From a virus: a DNA stretch of 64,000 bases. A program made the position numbers and the translations under genes. Position 1 is the first letter of the stretch. The number at the start of each line of letters is the position of its first letter. The stretch lies in the UHGV virus genome UHGV-0132893, one strand, 5' to 3'. The notes beneath the pieces are model-generated. The model was not told the DNA's origin and searched no databases. It worked only from the letters and a program-made list of their open reading frames with translations. This document shows positions 8,123 through 18,047 of this stretch, piece after piece.

Positions 8123-10076
8123 TTAATACAGGTGGAATCGTTGAGCTTTGACGTTGTTCTTCAGTATAGACTCCACCAGTCTCACGGTCAAACACTTCAT
8201 CCTCATAATGTGGCAAAGAGTCATCGTAATGTTCTTCAGCCTCACCAATACCAAACTGTTGACGGATATTTTCTGCTGCACCATCAATGTCAACTCCACA
8301 ACCAGATGCTTTAATGAGACGCCCTGTATCTGGATTGTACCAAGTATGACCAGCAATACCCGTTGACTTACCGTGACGACGACATTTAGTTAACTTGATT
8401 TTTGTCAAGTTTTTCTTAACAGGGTCTGGGTCAACCTTGTTACGCATTAACAAAATATTATTCATGGAAATCTGGAAATACGCACCAGAACCCTTGATAT
8501 CCTCTTCAGAGATATCCCCACCTTCAGAGTTAGCTTTCTGACCACCTGCACTCTTACGAACGTGACATACGTTTACCTGCGCATACTGGTAGCGTTTGCA
8601 ACGACGCAATAGCTCAGACAAAACTTCCTCTTCATCCGTATCTGAACGTGACAGAGCTAACGTGATAGGGTCAAGAATAATAATCTTACAGTCTAAACTG
8701 TTAACAAGATAGTCAACAAATTCCAGCAGGTTATCTTGGTCAATTGCACCTTGATGGTCTACGATGTGGATACGACGACCTTTAGATAGCTCTGCATGTG
8801 CTTCCTTCAATTCATCCCAATCACGTTCGTCATAAGGAATCTCAGAAATCTGCTTGCTGAGGTGGATTGCACAGAGCATCTCCATCAACTCTTCATAGGT
8901 ATCTTCGACCGGAATTACACCAATATTGTAATCGGTATCTTTCCAAGCAGTATAAATCATTTCACGAGTGTATGCTGATTTACCCACTGAAGATGGTGCT
9001 GCCAGAGTTGTAATCTCACCTAAACCATAACCGCCATAAGTCAGCCTGTTCAAATCTCCGAAAGATTCTGGGAAAGGAATCAATGGAATCTGACCACGAT
9101 TCTTCATTGCCTCAAAACCATCTGCGAAGTTCTTGATACCAGCAGGGCAGTAACGGGGCGCATTGTAGATACGCTGCTTAAACCCTTCAAGAACTGTGTC
9201 TTTCTCTTTATAGAACTTTGTCCACCATTCGTTAAGGTCTTTTACACCTTCTGGATACTGGAATAAACGAACCTTCTCAATAGGTAGGATACCAGCAGCC
9301 TCTTTGGTAGCTTTAGCACCTGCTTCATCGTTATCAAAGCACAAGTAAATTTCATCAAATGATGTAATGTACTGATAGTTATCTTTGATAGACTTAATGT
9401 TTGCACCTGACGGAACAGATACGTGACAGTAATTCTTACGACGAGACTTATCTTTAATCGCCAAAGAAGTCATGTAGATTGCTGTCGCACATTCCATCTC
9501 ACCTTCCCAGATGAATAGACGGTTACCACCTTCTGGAGCAATCCATGAGCCGAACATTGCCAGTTCACCTTTAATGTCTCCAACACCACCAGAAAAGTCT
9601 TTTAGCTTACCACGTAGGTGCTCTTTTGGATGGTCTTCTGGGTAACGGTGACGAACACGGTAGCCAACATGTTCTAGCTTACCATCTTCATTACGTTTGT
9701 AAGTTGGATAGAAGTGCGCATCAATTTCACCGTCACTGTCAATGTCAACCTTGATACCTAAGCGTTCAAGGACTTTTGCAGGAATCTTCCTGTCTTTCAA
9801 GTCCATTGCTTCTAGGTTTTCTTTTACATCGTCTAAATCCATTCCACGGAAAGTACGGTTTTTATTGTCTGAACCAGTAGAATAAGTGCTCACGATTTGT
9901 CCTTTATCAAAATCCCACTCTGGGAAACCTTTGTTACAACTAAAGCAAGTCATCGAATAAGAATCATCGTCATGATGATAGATTGAACCAGCATCTGATG
10001 AACCACAACGTGGACATGCACAATGACCAATAAACTGACCAGCCTCTTTCAATTTACGACCTTTAGACATTAGCAC
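8085..10076 (-). CDS. bifunctional DNA primase / DnaB-family helicase (T7 gp4-like)
   Basis: N-terminal Cys4 zinc ribbon (CACPRCG...CFSCNKG), TOPRIM acidic motif (IYLCFDNDEAG), helicase Walker A (AAPSSVGKSAYT). Confidence 0.8.
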   Translation of the reverse strand: MLMSKGRKLKEAGQFIGHCACPRCGSSDAGSIYHHDDDSYSMTCFSCNKGFPEWDFDKGQIVSTYSTGSDNKNRTFRGMDLDDVKENLEAMDLKDRKIPAKVLERLGIKVDIDSDGEIDAHFYPTYKRNEDGKLEHVGYRVRHRYPEDHPKEHLRGKLKDFSGGVGDIKGELAMFGSWIAPEGGNRLFIWEGEMECATAIYMTSLAIKDKSRRKNYCHVSVPSGANIKSIKDNYQYITSFDEIYLCFDNDEAGAKATKEAAGILPIEKVRLFQYPEGVKDLNEWWTKFYKEKDTVLEGFKQRIYNAPRYCPAGIKNFADGFEAMKNRGQIPLIPFPESFGDLNRLTYGGYGLGEITTLAAPSSVGKSAYTREMIYTAWKDTDYNIGVIPVEDTYEELMEMLCAIHLSKQISEIPYDERDWDELKEAHAELSKGRRIHIVDHQGAIDQDNLLEFVDYLVNSLDCKIIILDPITLALSRSDTDEEEVLSELLRRCKRYQYAQVNVCHVRKSAGGQKANSEGGDISEEDIKGSGAYFQISMNNILLMRNKVDPDPVKKNLTKIKLTKCRRHGKSTGIAGHTWYNPDTGRLIKASGCGVDIDGAAENIRQQFGIGEAEEHYDDSLPHYEDEVFDRETGGVYTEEQRQSSTIPPVLSEDADDCPFETE

Positions 10077-10263
10077 CTCTTCGTTGTAGTTCTGCCTTCA
10101 ATCCATTTTCAATCTTGTCCAGTTCATGAATTTCATCTGCAATCTCTTTCCTTCGTGATTCAACTCTCTTAAGACGTTCAATCATTACCTCATTGGAAAG
10201 AGATGAGAGTTCCACTAAACGGTGGTCAATAACTTTAAAATTGTCTTTTACTCTCATCTTCAT
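10063..10263 (-). CDS. hypothetical small protein
   Basis: 66-aa ORF, charged/coiled-coil. Confidence 0.35.
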   Translation of the reverse strand: MKMRVKDNFKVIDHRLVELSSLSNEVMIERLKRVESRRKEIADEIHELDKIENGLKAELQRRGANV

Positions 10264-10271
10264 TCTCTCTT

Positions 10272-11015
10272 TTAAACTTTAATGATGGCTCTTAGCTTGT
10301 TCTCAAGGTCTGCAAGAGTACCATTATTATGAATAATGTCACGCTCATATTTTGTAGAAATCCCATTTTCTGAAACATGTGATGAAACTTTGTCCACATT
10401 GTCTCTTTTTACTTCAATAGTTTGGTGTGCAAATCTACTCAGCCATTCAGCTTCAGAGTCAAATCTTAAATCACTGATTAAGACAAAACCATATTGATTT
10501 CTAAGTGAGCACATTTCATGGAATCTAACCATTCTTTTTTCAAGGTCTTTAGACCAGAACTTGTCGCCCATTACTTTACGGACAACTTCAGTACCCCAAA
10601 TCTGTTGAATTTGTCTTGATGAGAATTTATACTTTTTACTAAATCCCAGACGTGTTAATAGGGTAGGTTTAGCAACCTTCTTAAGCTCCATGATTAATCG
10701 TCCGGTTAACTCTGACATAAGCTTGAAGTCCATATGGTAACGTTCATCTCTGAAGGTGAACTCCATAGCTTCCGTAACTTTAAACATCAGTTCAGGATAT
10801 GATAAGTCAAAAACCTGTGGAGTCTCTTTAGTTTCACCGTACAGGTCATTCCAAGTCAAGTCAAATATCTTTGATGCAGATAGTTTAAGGTTGTCTGCAA
10901 AGGCCATTACTTCAACATTGTAGCCATACTCATCCTCTAAAATGTTCTTCACAATAGAACATGAGGTGTCTTTTCCAGAACGTGCCTTTCCAGTAAAGGC
11001 GATAATATTACTCAT
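10272..11015 (-). CDS. P-loop nucleotide kinase, probable dNMP kinase
   Basis: N-terminal IAFTGKARSGKDT Walker A resembling T4 gp1-type deoxynucleoside monophosphate kinases. Confidence 0.5.
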   Translation of the reverse strand: MSNIIAFTGKARSGKDTSCSIVKNILEDEYGYNVEVMAFADNLKLSASKIFDLTWNDLYGETKETPQVFDLSYPELMFKVTEAMEFTFRDERYHMDFKLMSELTGRLIMELKKVAKPTLLTRLGFSKKYKFSSRQIQQIWGTEVVRKVMGDKFWSKDLEKRMVRFHEMCSLRNQYGFVLISDLRFDSEAEWLSRFAHQTIEVKRDNVDKVSSHVSENGISTKYERDIIHNNGTLADLENKLRAIIKV

Positions 11016-11076
11016 TTTATCTCCATTAATTACTAAAAAGCCCCCAACTAAGGAGGCTTGTAAGATTTATAAAGAC

Positions 11077-11877
11077 TTAGTGCAGTTGCTCAGCAGACTC
11101 TTTTTCAGCCATAGCTGAGATTTGCTTCACAAAATCATCACCGAAGTTAATGCGTAGTTTCTCTTCAATGATTGAAGCACCGATGTTCACCAAAACATCA
11201 TTGATTGCTTGCATACTAACGCCACCAGTCATCTCTTCAATGAACTCAATACTTACACCCATCATCTGTGAAAGTTGGATTAGTGCAACGATATTCATCA
11301 TCGTAGAGATAGCTGGAATCATCAGTGCAACTTTCACCTGAAGAGGTTCTATATCAGCTACAGAGTCATTTTCAACAGCTTCTTCCAAAGACTCTTTAGT
11401 TTGCTGGATAATTTCTTTGATTCGTGGGCTTAACTCTTCTACGCCCCAATCAAGTTTTTCATATCGTGAAAGTTTCTCTTCCATGCGCTTCTCAAGAACT
11501 GCCATAACAGCACTTGTTGATGAGATTAGTGTGTCAATAAGGAAATCAGTATCCTTAGTCAGCAATAGTTCCTTTTCTTCATCTGACATCCTGATATAGT
11601 CATTCTTTTGCATTTCATAAAAAATGAACTCTGCAAGCGCATCAACACCGACTGCAATAGATGCAAGGGCAAGTGTAGTATCTGACAACATCATATTAAC
11701 CTGCTCTGCAAAAGCACCGTTATCAGTTTTATCTTCAGGCAAGTTATAGCTTTTTGGCATAAACTGTTCTGTATAGTTATTTCCACGAAGAATCATAGCC
11801 ATGCTTTCTACAGCATTGATTAAAAATGCTTCATCAATACCTTTTTCTTTAAGCATTTGGTCTACAGTAGTATTCAT
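11077..11877 (-). CDS. hypothetical protein
   Basis: 266-aa ORF. Confidence 0.45.
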   Translation of the reverse strand: MNTTVDQMLKEKGIDEAFLINAVESMAMILRGNNYTEQFMPKSYNLPEDKTDNGAFAEQVNMMLSDTTLALASIAVGVDALAEFIFYEMQKNDYIRMSDEEKELLLTKDTDFLIDTLISSTSAVMAVLEKRMEEKLSRYEKLDWGVEELSPRIKEIIQQTKESLEEAVENDSVADIEPLQVKVALMIPAISTMMNIVALIQLSQMMGVSIEFIEEMTGGVSMQAINDVLVNIGASIIEEKLRINFGDDFVKQISAMAEKESAEQLH

Positions 11878-11878
11878 A

Positions 11879-12301
11879 TTATTTCTCTCTCAGTTGGTTA
11901 AGTTTCTTTCTAGAGCATTTTAAGTTTTCAGATGAAGAAAAGTCAAGTGTCTTTTCAGAACGTGGATAGTAATGCCTGTCCCAAGAAGTTTCAACATCGT
12001 TAATCAGTGATGCTAGATTACACAGGTCTGTACCACTTTGCAACCTCTTTTTAAGAGAATCTAGTAAAGCAACTGTATCTTTAGCTTTACGTCTAGCTAT
12101 AGCAACATCTTTCATGTGCTCGAACACAGAGCATTTTAAGTCATCTTCATAGTCTTCTGATAACTCTATTTCATGTTGTATATCAACCATTCTCCTGTGA
12201 TGGTGAGCATATTCCCGTTGAGCAGCAATGTCAAGTTCTTCCAACTTCTGCAAAGCTCTAACAAAGTCAGCTATGTCTGGGTGAACAAACATTTTCTGCA
12301 T
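11879..12301 (-). CDS. hypothetical protein
   Basis: 140-aa ORF. Confidence 0.45.
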   Translation of the reverse strand: MQKMFVHPDIADFVRALQKLEELDIAAQREYAHHHRRMVDIQHEIELSEDYEDDLKCSVFEHMKDVAIARRKAKDTVALLDSLKKRLQSGTDLCNLASLINDVETSWDRHYYPRSEKTLDFSSSENLKCSRKKLNQLREK

Positions 12302-12475
12302 GTAAGCCTCTTTTAAGTAACTATTAAGTTTTAATCTTTTATCTTAACGTATTCTATACGTTATACTTTAAAGCTTTTTAAAAGCTATTAAATAATCTTT
12401 TAAGAGCTTTAAAGTATCTGTATAGTTAAACTGTTAAGTAACCTTTTAAGTAAAAACCCACTTCGCAAAGATTAA

Positions 12476-12500
12476 CACCTTGTCAAGTACATTGTCAACT
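12476..12500. promoter_or_regulatory. conserved intergenic motif caccTTGTCAAGTACaTTGTCAAC in divergent promoter region
   Basis: near-identical copy at 54560-54585; reverse complement contains TTGACAAGGTG also seen at 15265 and 19410. Confidence 0.4.
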
Positions 12501-12558
12501 TGCTTTTTATAATTTTTTGCAGTAATGTATGAGGTTAATGATTTTAGAGGGAGTAAAA

Positions 12559-15258
12559 ATGGAAAACGTAGATTTTAAAAACTTACATTTAGTTGGTGAT
12601 ACAGAAACTGATGGTTTACTCCTTGAGTTCACTAAAGTTCACGTAATGGCTTTCGCAGACTACAAATCTGACGACGAAGAACCACCAGTATGGGTCTTTA
12701 CTGATGAGCCTATTCTCGGTCACAAGTACACTAAGTACATCAAGGGTGGATTACGTGAAGGTATTGAGTTTGCGTTGAAGGCAAAACGACTTTGTATCCA
12801 TAATGGTCTCGGTTATGACTGGTGGGTTTTCAATCACATTGCACCGGATTTATGGAACTTTGATAACCCAAAATGTAAGCCGTGGAGTAATTTCTTTCAG
12901 GACTCTCTTATCCAGTCTCGTGTTCAGTGGATGGATAGACCAACTCCAAAGGGTTATAAAGGTGCTCATGGTTTGGCTGCATGGGGTGCTCGTGTTGGTG
13001 TTCGTAAGCCAGAGATTGAACATTGGGGTGTGTGGAATGCAGAAATCTTCACTCGTGTTGTAGAAGATATCCGTATTAACGCCAAAACTAAACGGGCACT
13101 TGATAACGAGTATCTCAAGCTTAAGAAGTGTGGTATAGACACTTATGAAACCTACATGCGAGCTAAAGAAACATCTTTCTGGATGAGTCAACAGGCTATC
13201 AATGGTTGGAAAGCTGATAAAGAGCTTATGGAGTTCCATGTAAAGGAACTTGACAAGTTGACTAATGAGCTTGCTTCAGAGGTTGAACCGCATCTGCCAC
13301 CAACTATTAAGACCAAAGGTAAAGTTACTGGAGAAGAGTTTGCAAAGGCTTGGAATGAGTATGTTGAAACATTCGGTCATGCAGATGGGTTGAAGAGAAT
13401 TACCAAGTATCCTAAGACAAAGTACCGTCAGCAGGTACGTAACGGTGAGATGCAGACATACGAAATCAAGCCATTTGGTAAGCCAACTACAAAGATTTTT
13501 AACATTGAAAAGAGAAATTGCTACACCCCAACCAACTCTGTAACTGGTGAAGAGTACAAGGAAGGTTTTGTAGCAATGAAAGATGCTCGTGCAATTTGCA
13601 ATGAGTTGAATGCAAAGATTGGTAAGAAATGCAAAGACTGGAAGCCAGTGAAAACAGTCAAAACTGTGAAGTACTATAACAGTCACGTTGTTAACCACTT
13701 TGGACTTGAGTCAAGTCGCTACACAGGTTTGATTGATGCACCATATACACCAATTGAGTTCGAAGTTTCTCGCATGACTCAGGTAGCAGTTGTTAAAGAC
13801 TACTTGAAATCAGTTGGTTGGATTCCAGATGACTGGAACTACAAGAAAGACTCAGATGGTCGCCCTGTCAAAGTTTGTCGTTTCAAAGACAATAAAAAGA
13901 TGATTACAAAACATCCTAAGTGGCAGGAAATGGTTGAGCGGTGTGGTTTGAGTTATGTTGAACATGAAGGTGTTCAGTACATTGAGCATAACTGGTCCGT
14001 GAAGAAATACACAGATTTGCTTGAACCTTGCTTAATCCGTACTTCACCAAAACTTACTGAATCATCTTATGATACGATTGAAGGTGAGCTTGGACAGAAG
14101 ATTGCTAAGTACTACACTTTGATGCACAGACGCAGAACTATTGAGAACTCAAAGGATGACGAGAAAGGTTGGCTGAACCAGATTCGTCCAGATGGTCGCC
14201 TTAGTGCTGGTGCAATGGTATTTGGTACTTCAACTGGACGTATGACACAATATGGTATTGTAAACGTACCGTCTGGTGCTGCTGTCTATGGGGAACCAAT
14301 GAGGGCAGTGTGGATTTGTGAAGAAGGTACTAATGTTGTCTCTGTAGACATGAACTCAGCCCAGCTAGTTCTCCTTTGTAACTTTATGGGTGACAAAGAC
14401 TTCACCAAAGCGGTAACGCAAGGTAAAGAAGAGATTGAGTTTATTCGTCAAGAAGATGGACGCTATTACTGCAAACATTTTGATGAGTACCTAAACCCAG
14501 AGATTGATAAGTACCTTCGCTATGACTCTGAGAATGACCTGTACGTTGTCTATTCAGGGACTGATGCACATACACTGAACAGTATTTACTTTAGCTTGAA
14601 TGATGAGCAGGACATCTTGACTTGTCGAGCTACTCAGGATGAGAATCTTCTTCATGAGATTAGCAAAGGTCGTAAGAAAGCTAAGAATGGTATCTATGCA
14701 CTGCTGTTCGGTGCAGGTGATGAGAAGTTTGCTAAGACGATTAAAGCTGCGACTACTCAGGAAGGTGCGCTGACTAAACAGACTTACTTTATACGTTTGC
14801 CTAAAATTAAGAAGCTGTTAGATGACTTGGAAGCTGACTACAAAGCAACTAAAAAGGCACTTGAAGAGGTGTTTGGTAAGACTGCTGCAATCTCTAAAGG
14901 GGGTTTTGTGAAGGTTGCTGGAGCTTGGTTGTGGTGTAAATCTCCACATAAGTTGTTGAATTATTTGCTCATGGGTTCGGAAAGTCAGATTCAAAATGAG
15001 GCAATTAACCTTGCTTGCCGTCGTATGATTGACGAAGGTTTGATGAAGTTGAACGGTCGCAAACCAGCTATAGGTGCTCGTTTATTGTGCTCCTATCACG
15101 ACGAGACAAGTTGGGAATGCCCAGAAAGTATGACGGCAGAGGTAAAGGCTGTCACTGATTGGTATTACGGTCAGGCCTCTAAGAACTTAGGACTAAAGAG
15201 TGAAACACTGGTAACTGGTACTGGTAAGGTTGGTAAAAGCTGGCTTGAAGTACACTAA
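12559..15258 (+). CDS. DNA polymerase, family A (Pol I / T7-like) with 3'-5' exonuclease domain
   Basis: Exo I motif LVGDTETDG; motif B RKKAKNGIYALLFGAG; motif C SYHDE; start set at ATG 12559 after GAGGGAG SD (ORF track 12529). Confidence 0.85.
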   Translation: MENVDFKNLHLVGDTETDGLLLEFTKVHVMAFADYKSDDEEPPVWVFTDEPILGHKYTKYIKGGLREGIEFALKAKRLCIHNGLGYDWWVFNHIAPDLWNFDNPKCKPWSNFFQDSLIQSRVQWMDRPTPKGYKGAHGLAAWGARVGVRKPEIEHWGVWNAEIFTRVVEDIRINAKTKRALDNEYLKLKKCGIDTYETYMRAKETSFWMSQQAINGWKADKELMEFHVKELDKLTNELASEVEPHLPPTIKTKGKVTGEEFAKAWNEYVETFGHADGLKRITKYPKTKYRQQVRNGEMQTYEIKPFGKPTTKIFNIEKRNCYTPTNSVTGEEYKEGFVAMKDARAICNELNAKIGKKCKDWKPVKTVKTVKYYNSHVVNHFGLESSRYTGLIDAPYTPIEFEVSRMTQVAVVKDYLKSVGWIPDDWNYKKDSDGRPVKVCRFKDNKKMITKHPKWQEMVERCGLSYVEHEGVQYIEHNWSVKKYTDLLEPCLIRTSPKLTESSYDTIEGELGQKIAKYYTLMHRRRTIENSKDDEKGWLNQIRPDGRLSAGAMVFGTSTGRMTQYGIVNVPSGAAVYGEPMRAVWICEEGTNVVSVDMNSAQLVLLCNFMGDKDFTKAVTQGKEEIEFIRQEDGRYYCKHFDEYLNPEIDKYLRYDSENDLYVVYSGTDAHTLNSIYFSLNDEQDILTCRATQDENLLHEISKGRKKAKNGIYALLFGAGDEKFAKTIKAATTQEGALTKQTYFIRLPKIKKLLDDLEADYKATKKALEEVFGKTAAISKGGFVKVAGAWLWCKSPHKLLNYLLMGSESQIQNEAINLACRRMIDEGLMKLNGRKPAIGARLLCSYHDETSWECPESMTAEVKAVTDWYYGQASKNLGLKSETLVTGTGKVGKSWLEVH

Positions 15259-15264
15259 TTAGTA

Positions 15265-15299
15265 TTGACAAGGTGCTCATGGAAGAGTACCTTATACTG
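15265..15299 (+). promoter_or_regulatory. promoter-like element TTGACAAGGTG-N-TATACT (23-nt spacing)
   Basis: TTGACA at 15265 and TATACT at 15294 upstream of ORF 15320; spacing is non-canonical for sigma70. Confidence 0.3.
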
Positions 15300-15319
15300 T
15301 ATCTTGTATAGGAGGTCTC

Positions 15320-15532
15320 ATGACACTTTCAGACGTTATTCAGCAACTTCACGACAACTGCTATACTCCAGAGTTGATTCAGGAGATGCTTATTGTGGCG
15401 ATGCCTAGTAAGTTCGTAAAAGGTTTTAATAGTGAATCTTTAAGGTCTGCACATATCCTTATTGTTGACGGTAAGATTGCAAGAGACCGTACAGGAGTCC
15501 TTAATGGTGAACGTATTATCATTGACCTCTGA
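15320..15532 (+). CDS. hypothetical protein
   Basis: 70-aa ORF. Confidence 0.4.
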   Translation: MTLSDVIQQLHDNCYTPELIQEMLIVAMPSKFVKGFNSESLRSAHILIVDGKIARDRTGVLNGERIIIDL

Positions 15533-15549
15533 ATATTAGGGATACCAAA

Positions 15550-15705
15550 ATGAAACGCAAAGTAAAATTATTTAGTTTATATGGAAGAGTCGGTAAAGGT
15601 TTTGATTGGCAACTGCTACGTTCGAATGTTAAAAGCAACGAATTAGCACAACTTATTATAGACTATCGACGAACGTACAGAGAAGTAGAACATCGTGAAC
15701 AGTAA
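15550..15705 (+). CDS. hypothetical small basic protein (51 aa), not in ORF track
   Basis: MKRKVKLFSLYGRVGKGF...; AGGGA SD-like upstream. Confidence 0.3.
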   Translation: MKRKVKLFSLYGRVGKGFDWQLLRSNVKSNELAQLIIDYRRTYREVEHREQ

Positions 15706-15718
15706 TAGGAGAAGTATT

Positions 15719-15955
15719 ATGTGGAAAGCAGTAATTGTGCTTGGTGTTATCTTTCTATCTGGCTGTAATCCATCTTACGAGGACAAAAACGCTTCTTATA
15801 GCCTCCCACCAGAGATGCAAGATTGCAAAGTCTATAAGTTAAATGGGGATGCAATAAGCACAGATGTTATTGTTGTCAGATGTCCAAACTCTCAAACAAC
15901 AACATCTTATAGATATGGTAAAAATAGTCAATCACACACTACGGTTATTGAGTGA
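15719..15955 (+). CDS. small lipoprotein (lipobox LSGC)
   Basis: MWKAVIVLGVIFLSGC... signal peptide plus lipobox Cys; AGGAGAA SD; ORF track 15695 start is probably too far upstream. Confidence 0.5.
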   Translation: MWKAVIVLGVIFLSGCNPSYEDKNASYSLPPEMQDCKVYKLNGDAISTDVIVVRCPNSQTTTSYRYGKNSQSHTTVIE

Positions 15956-15965
15956 GGTTTTTACG

Positions 15966-16172
15966 ATGGAAGTCCTAGTAAACTATACCTATTGTTATGA
16001 TGTTGTTCACTCAACTACAACCGTAGCTCAACGTAACCCAATCGTCCCACGAGAGGGTGAGTTGGTTCGAATCGATGGTTGGACTTACACTGTGGAAAGC
16101 ATCATTCATAAGTTTGATGTTGCTGGCGATGTTCAAGTTATTGACGTAGAGATTGGTGGTAAAAGAAAATGA
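15966..16172 (+). CDS. hypothetical protein
   Basis: 68 aa from ATG 15966 (ORF track 15864 overlaps lipoprotein gene). Confidence 0.35.
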   Translation: MEVLVNYTYCYDVVHSTTTVAQRNPIVPREGELVRIDGWTYTVESIIHKFDVAGDVQVIDVEIGGKRK

Positions 16173-16327
16173 AATCCAAGCAAACAATGACAGATGCAAT
16201 CTTCACAGTACACAGTTTCGAAAGGCTGTACATTAAAGATGCAAAAGATACACCAAAATGCGTTGTGCATTTCATTAAAAGGCGTAGTAACATGTCATAT
16301 ATGAAATCTGACAAAGGTAAGAGATAA
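16169..16327 (+). CDS. hypothetical small protein (52 aa), not in ORF track
   Basis: ATGA start/stop overlap with upstream ORF; MKSKQTMTDAIF... Confidence 0.3.
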   Translation: MKSKQTMTDAIFTVHSFERLYIKDAKDTPKCVVHFIKRRSNMSYMKSDKGKR

Positions 16328-16519
16328 ATGAACAAAGAAGATAAGTATAAAAATGCTATACGAACTCCAGATGGAAAGGTTCAATCCTTCATCCTGACAG
16401 TTGGTGGAAAGCCGTTTCGTTGCCACTGCGGAGCAAACTGTTTCCATAAACCAGATAAAAATGACTTAGAACTTTACGCATGTAATGCTTGCAATACTTG
16501 GTATCACTCAGAGGAATAA
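16328..16519 (+). CDS. Cys-rich small protein (zinc-finger-like)
   Basis: CHCGANCFH...CNACNTWYH spacing. Confidence 0.4.
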   Translation: MNKEDKYKNAIRTPDGKVQSFILTVGGKPFRCHCGANCFHKPDKNDLELYACNACNTWYHSEE

Positions 16520-16520
16520 A

Positions 16521-17621
16521 ATGACAACACTGTACAAACAAAATAAAGACGGTTCCTTCAACATCTGGTCATGCGGTGCTATAGGTAACAAAGTTATTAC
16601 AACCTATGGTAAAGAAAATGGCAAGATGATGTTTGAAGAGTATACAGCAGAACCTAAAAACATCGGTAAAAAGAATGAACGTAATGCTGAACAGCAAGCT
16701 CTCTTTGAAGTTGCTGCTAAGTATAAAAAGCAAGTTGACCGTAAAGGTTATGCTTACACGAAAGAGTCTGCACAGAATACTGAGAAGGTAGGTGTACAGC
16801 TTGCTCATGATGCTGCAAAGGTTAGTCATGCAAAGTATTTGATATTTCCTGCTGATGCTCAACCAAAACTTGATGGTGTCCGTTGTAGAATTTCAAGAAA
16901 TAATGACTCAGTTAGTTTCACGGCTTACTCTCGTGAGAATACTGTTTACAACGTCCCAGCAGAACTAATCCCAGATTTGCTTTTGTTGCTTAAATTGCAC
17001 CCACAAGTCGAAGACTTTGATGGTGAGATTTATGCTCACGGTTGGGACTTAGAAGATATTGTGTCTATGATTAAGAATGCTGACAATCCAGACCGACATC
17101 TACTCCAGTTCTACTGGTACGATATCTGTGACAGCACTAAGACGTGGCCTGAGCGTAGAGATATTATTGAGACTTCACCTATTGTTGAGCTTGGGGATAC
17201 CTGTAGAGTGGTTCCTGTACAGACTATCCGTGTAAATTCTTGGGAAGAGTTTGATGAAGCCCATGATAAGTGGGTTGAAGCTAAGTTTGAAGGTGCAATG
17301 TACCGTTCAATCTCTGAAGACTCCTTCTATGAGTGTGGTCACCGTTCATACTTCTTGATTAAGCACAAGAAGATGCACACTGAAGAGTTTAAAGTAACTG
17401 GTGTAAAGACTGATAAACGTGGTCATGGTAAGTTCGTCGTAGAGACTCTTCCTAACGTCTTTGTAGATGTCTCATGGAAGACTACTCATGAGAAGAAACA
17501 GTATCTTGCTGAACATCCTGAAGAGTTTATCGGGAAACCTTTAACTGTTCAGTTCCAGAAGATGACTCGTAAGGGTTCTTTACAGTTCCCTGTTGGGTTA
17601 GTTATTCGAGATTACGAATAA
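16521..17621 (+). CDS. ATP-dependent DNA ligase
   Basis: adenylation motif I KLDGVRC; start set at ATG 16521 after GAGGAA SD (ORF track 16485). Confidence 0.7.
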   Translation: MTTLYKQNKDGSFNIWSCGAIGNKVITTYGKENGKMMFEEYTAEPKNIGKKNERNAEQQALFEVAAKYKKQVDRKGYAYTKESAQNTEKVGVQLAHDAAKVSHAKYLIFPADAQPKLDGVRCRISRNNDSVSFTAYSRENTVYNVPAELIPDLLLLLKLHPQVEDFDGEIYAHGWDLEDIVSMIKNADNPDRHLLQFYWYDICDSTKTWPERRDIIETSPIVELGDTCRVVPVQTIRVNSWEEFDEAHDKWVEAKFEGAMYRSISEDSFYECGHRSYFLIKHKKMHTEEFKVTGVKTDKRGHGKFVVETLPNVFVDVSWKTTHEKKQYLAEHPEEFIGKPLTVQFQKMTRKGSLQFPVGLVIRDYE

Positions 17622-17628
17622 AAAGTTG

Positions 17629-17656
17629 TTGACATAGAAAATTTGGTGAGTATACT
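17629..17656 (+). promoter_or_regulatory. sigma70-type promoter TTGACA-N16-TATACT
   Basis: canonical hexamers and spacing; fires into repeat elements R1/R2 and ORF 18066. Confidence 0.5.
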
Positions 17657-17688
17657 GAGCAGCATAAACCAACGGGTACTCACCAGCA

Positions 17689-17846
17689 TCACTTAAGAGT
17701 CTTCTAAGAGGGTTTTTAAGTGATGTGAGGTATGGTAGTGTTCTGTTCGGTACGGTGTGGCACGGTAATGCTAGGTCTGGTCAGGTCGGGTCAGGTGCGG
17801 TACAGTATGGGTAGTTAGTCTCATCTACATTAAAATGAGACTTACC
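17689..17846. repeat. GGTNN pentamer-array element R1 (5' box, about 16 pentamers, 3' hairpin)
   Basis: ggtat ggtag tgttc ... ggtca ggtcg ggtca periodicity; hairpin agtctcat/atgagact with loop ctacattaaa. Confidence 0.7.
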
Positions 17847-17990
17847 TTTTTAAAAGGTCTTTAAGAGGGTTTTTTAATGAGGTAGGGTAAAGTAATGTTT
17901 GGTCTGGTTTGGTAAGGCGCGGTCTGGTTTGGTAAGGTAAGGTTCGGTATGGTATGGGTGGATGGTAGTAGCCACGTTAAAAATCTACCA
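17847..17990. repeat. GGTNN pentamer-array element R2
   Basis: ggtct ggttt ggtaa ggcgc ggtct ggttt ggtaa ggtaa ...; hairpin tggtag/ctacca. Confidence 0.7.
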
Positions 17991-18047
17991 AGTTTCTAAA
18001 GAGTCTTCTGTTGAGGGTTCTTTACAAACAACTTAACAATCAACTAA

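Noticed and set aside
17729-17960. GGT-rich arrays as collagen-like or Gly-rich coding sequence
   Set aside because: Periodicity is 5 nt, so no reading frame is maintained; stop codons in all frames; no ORF in track.
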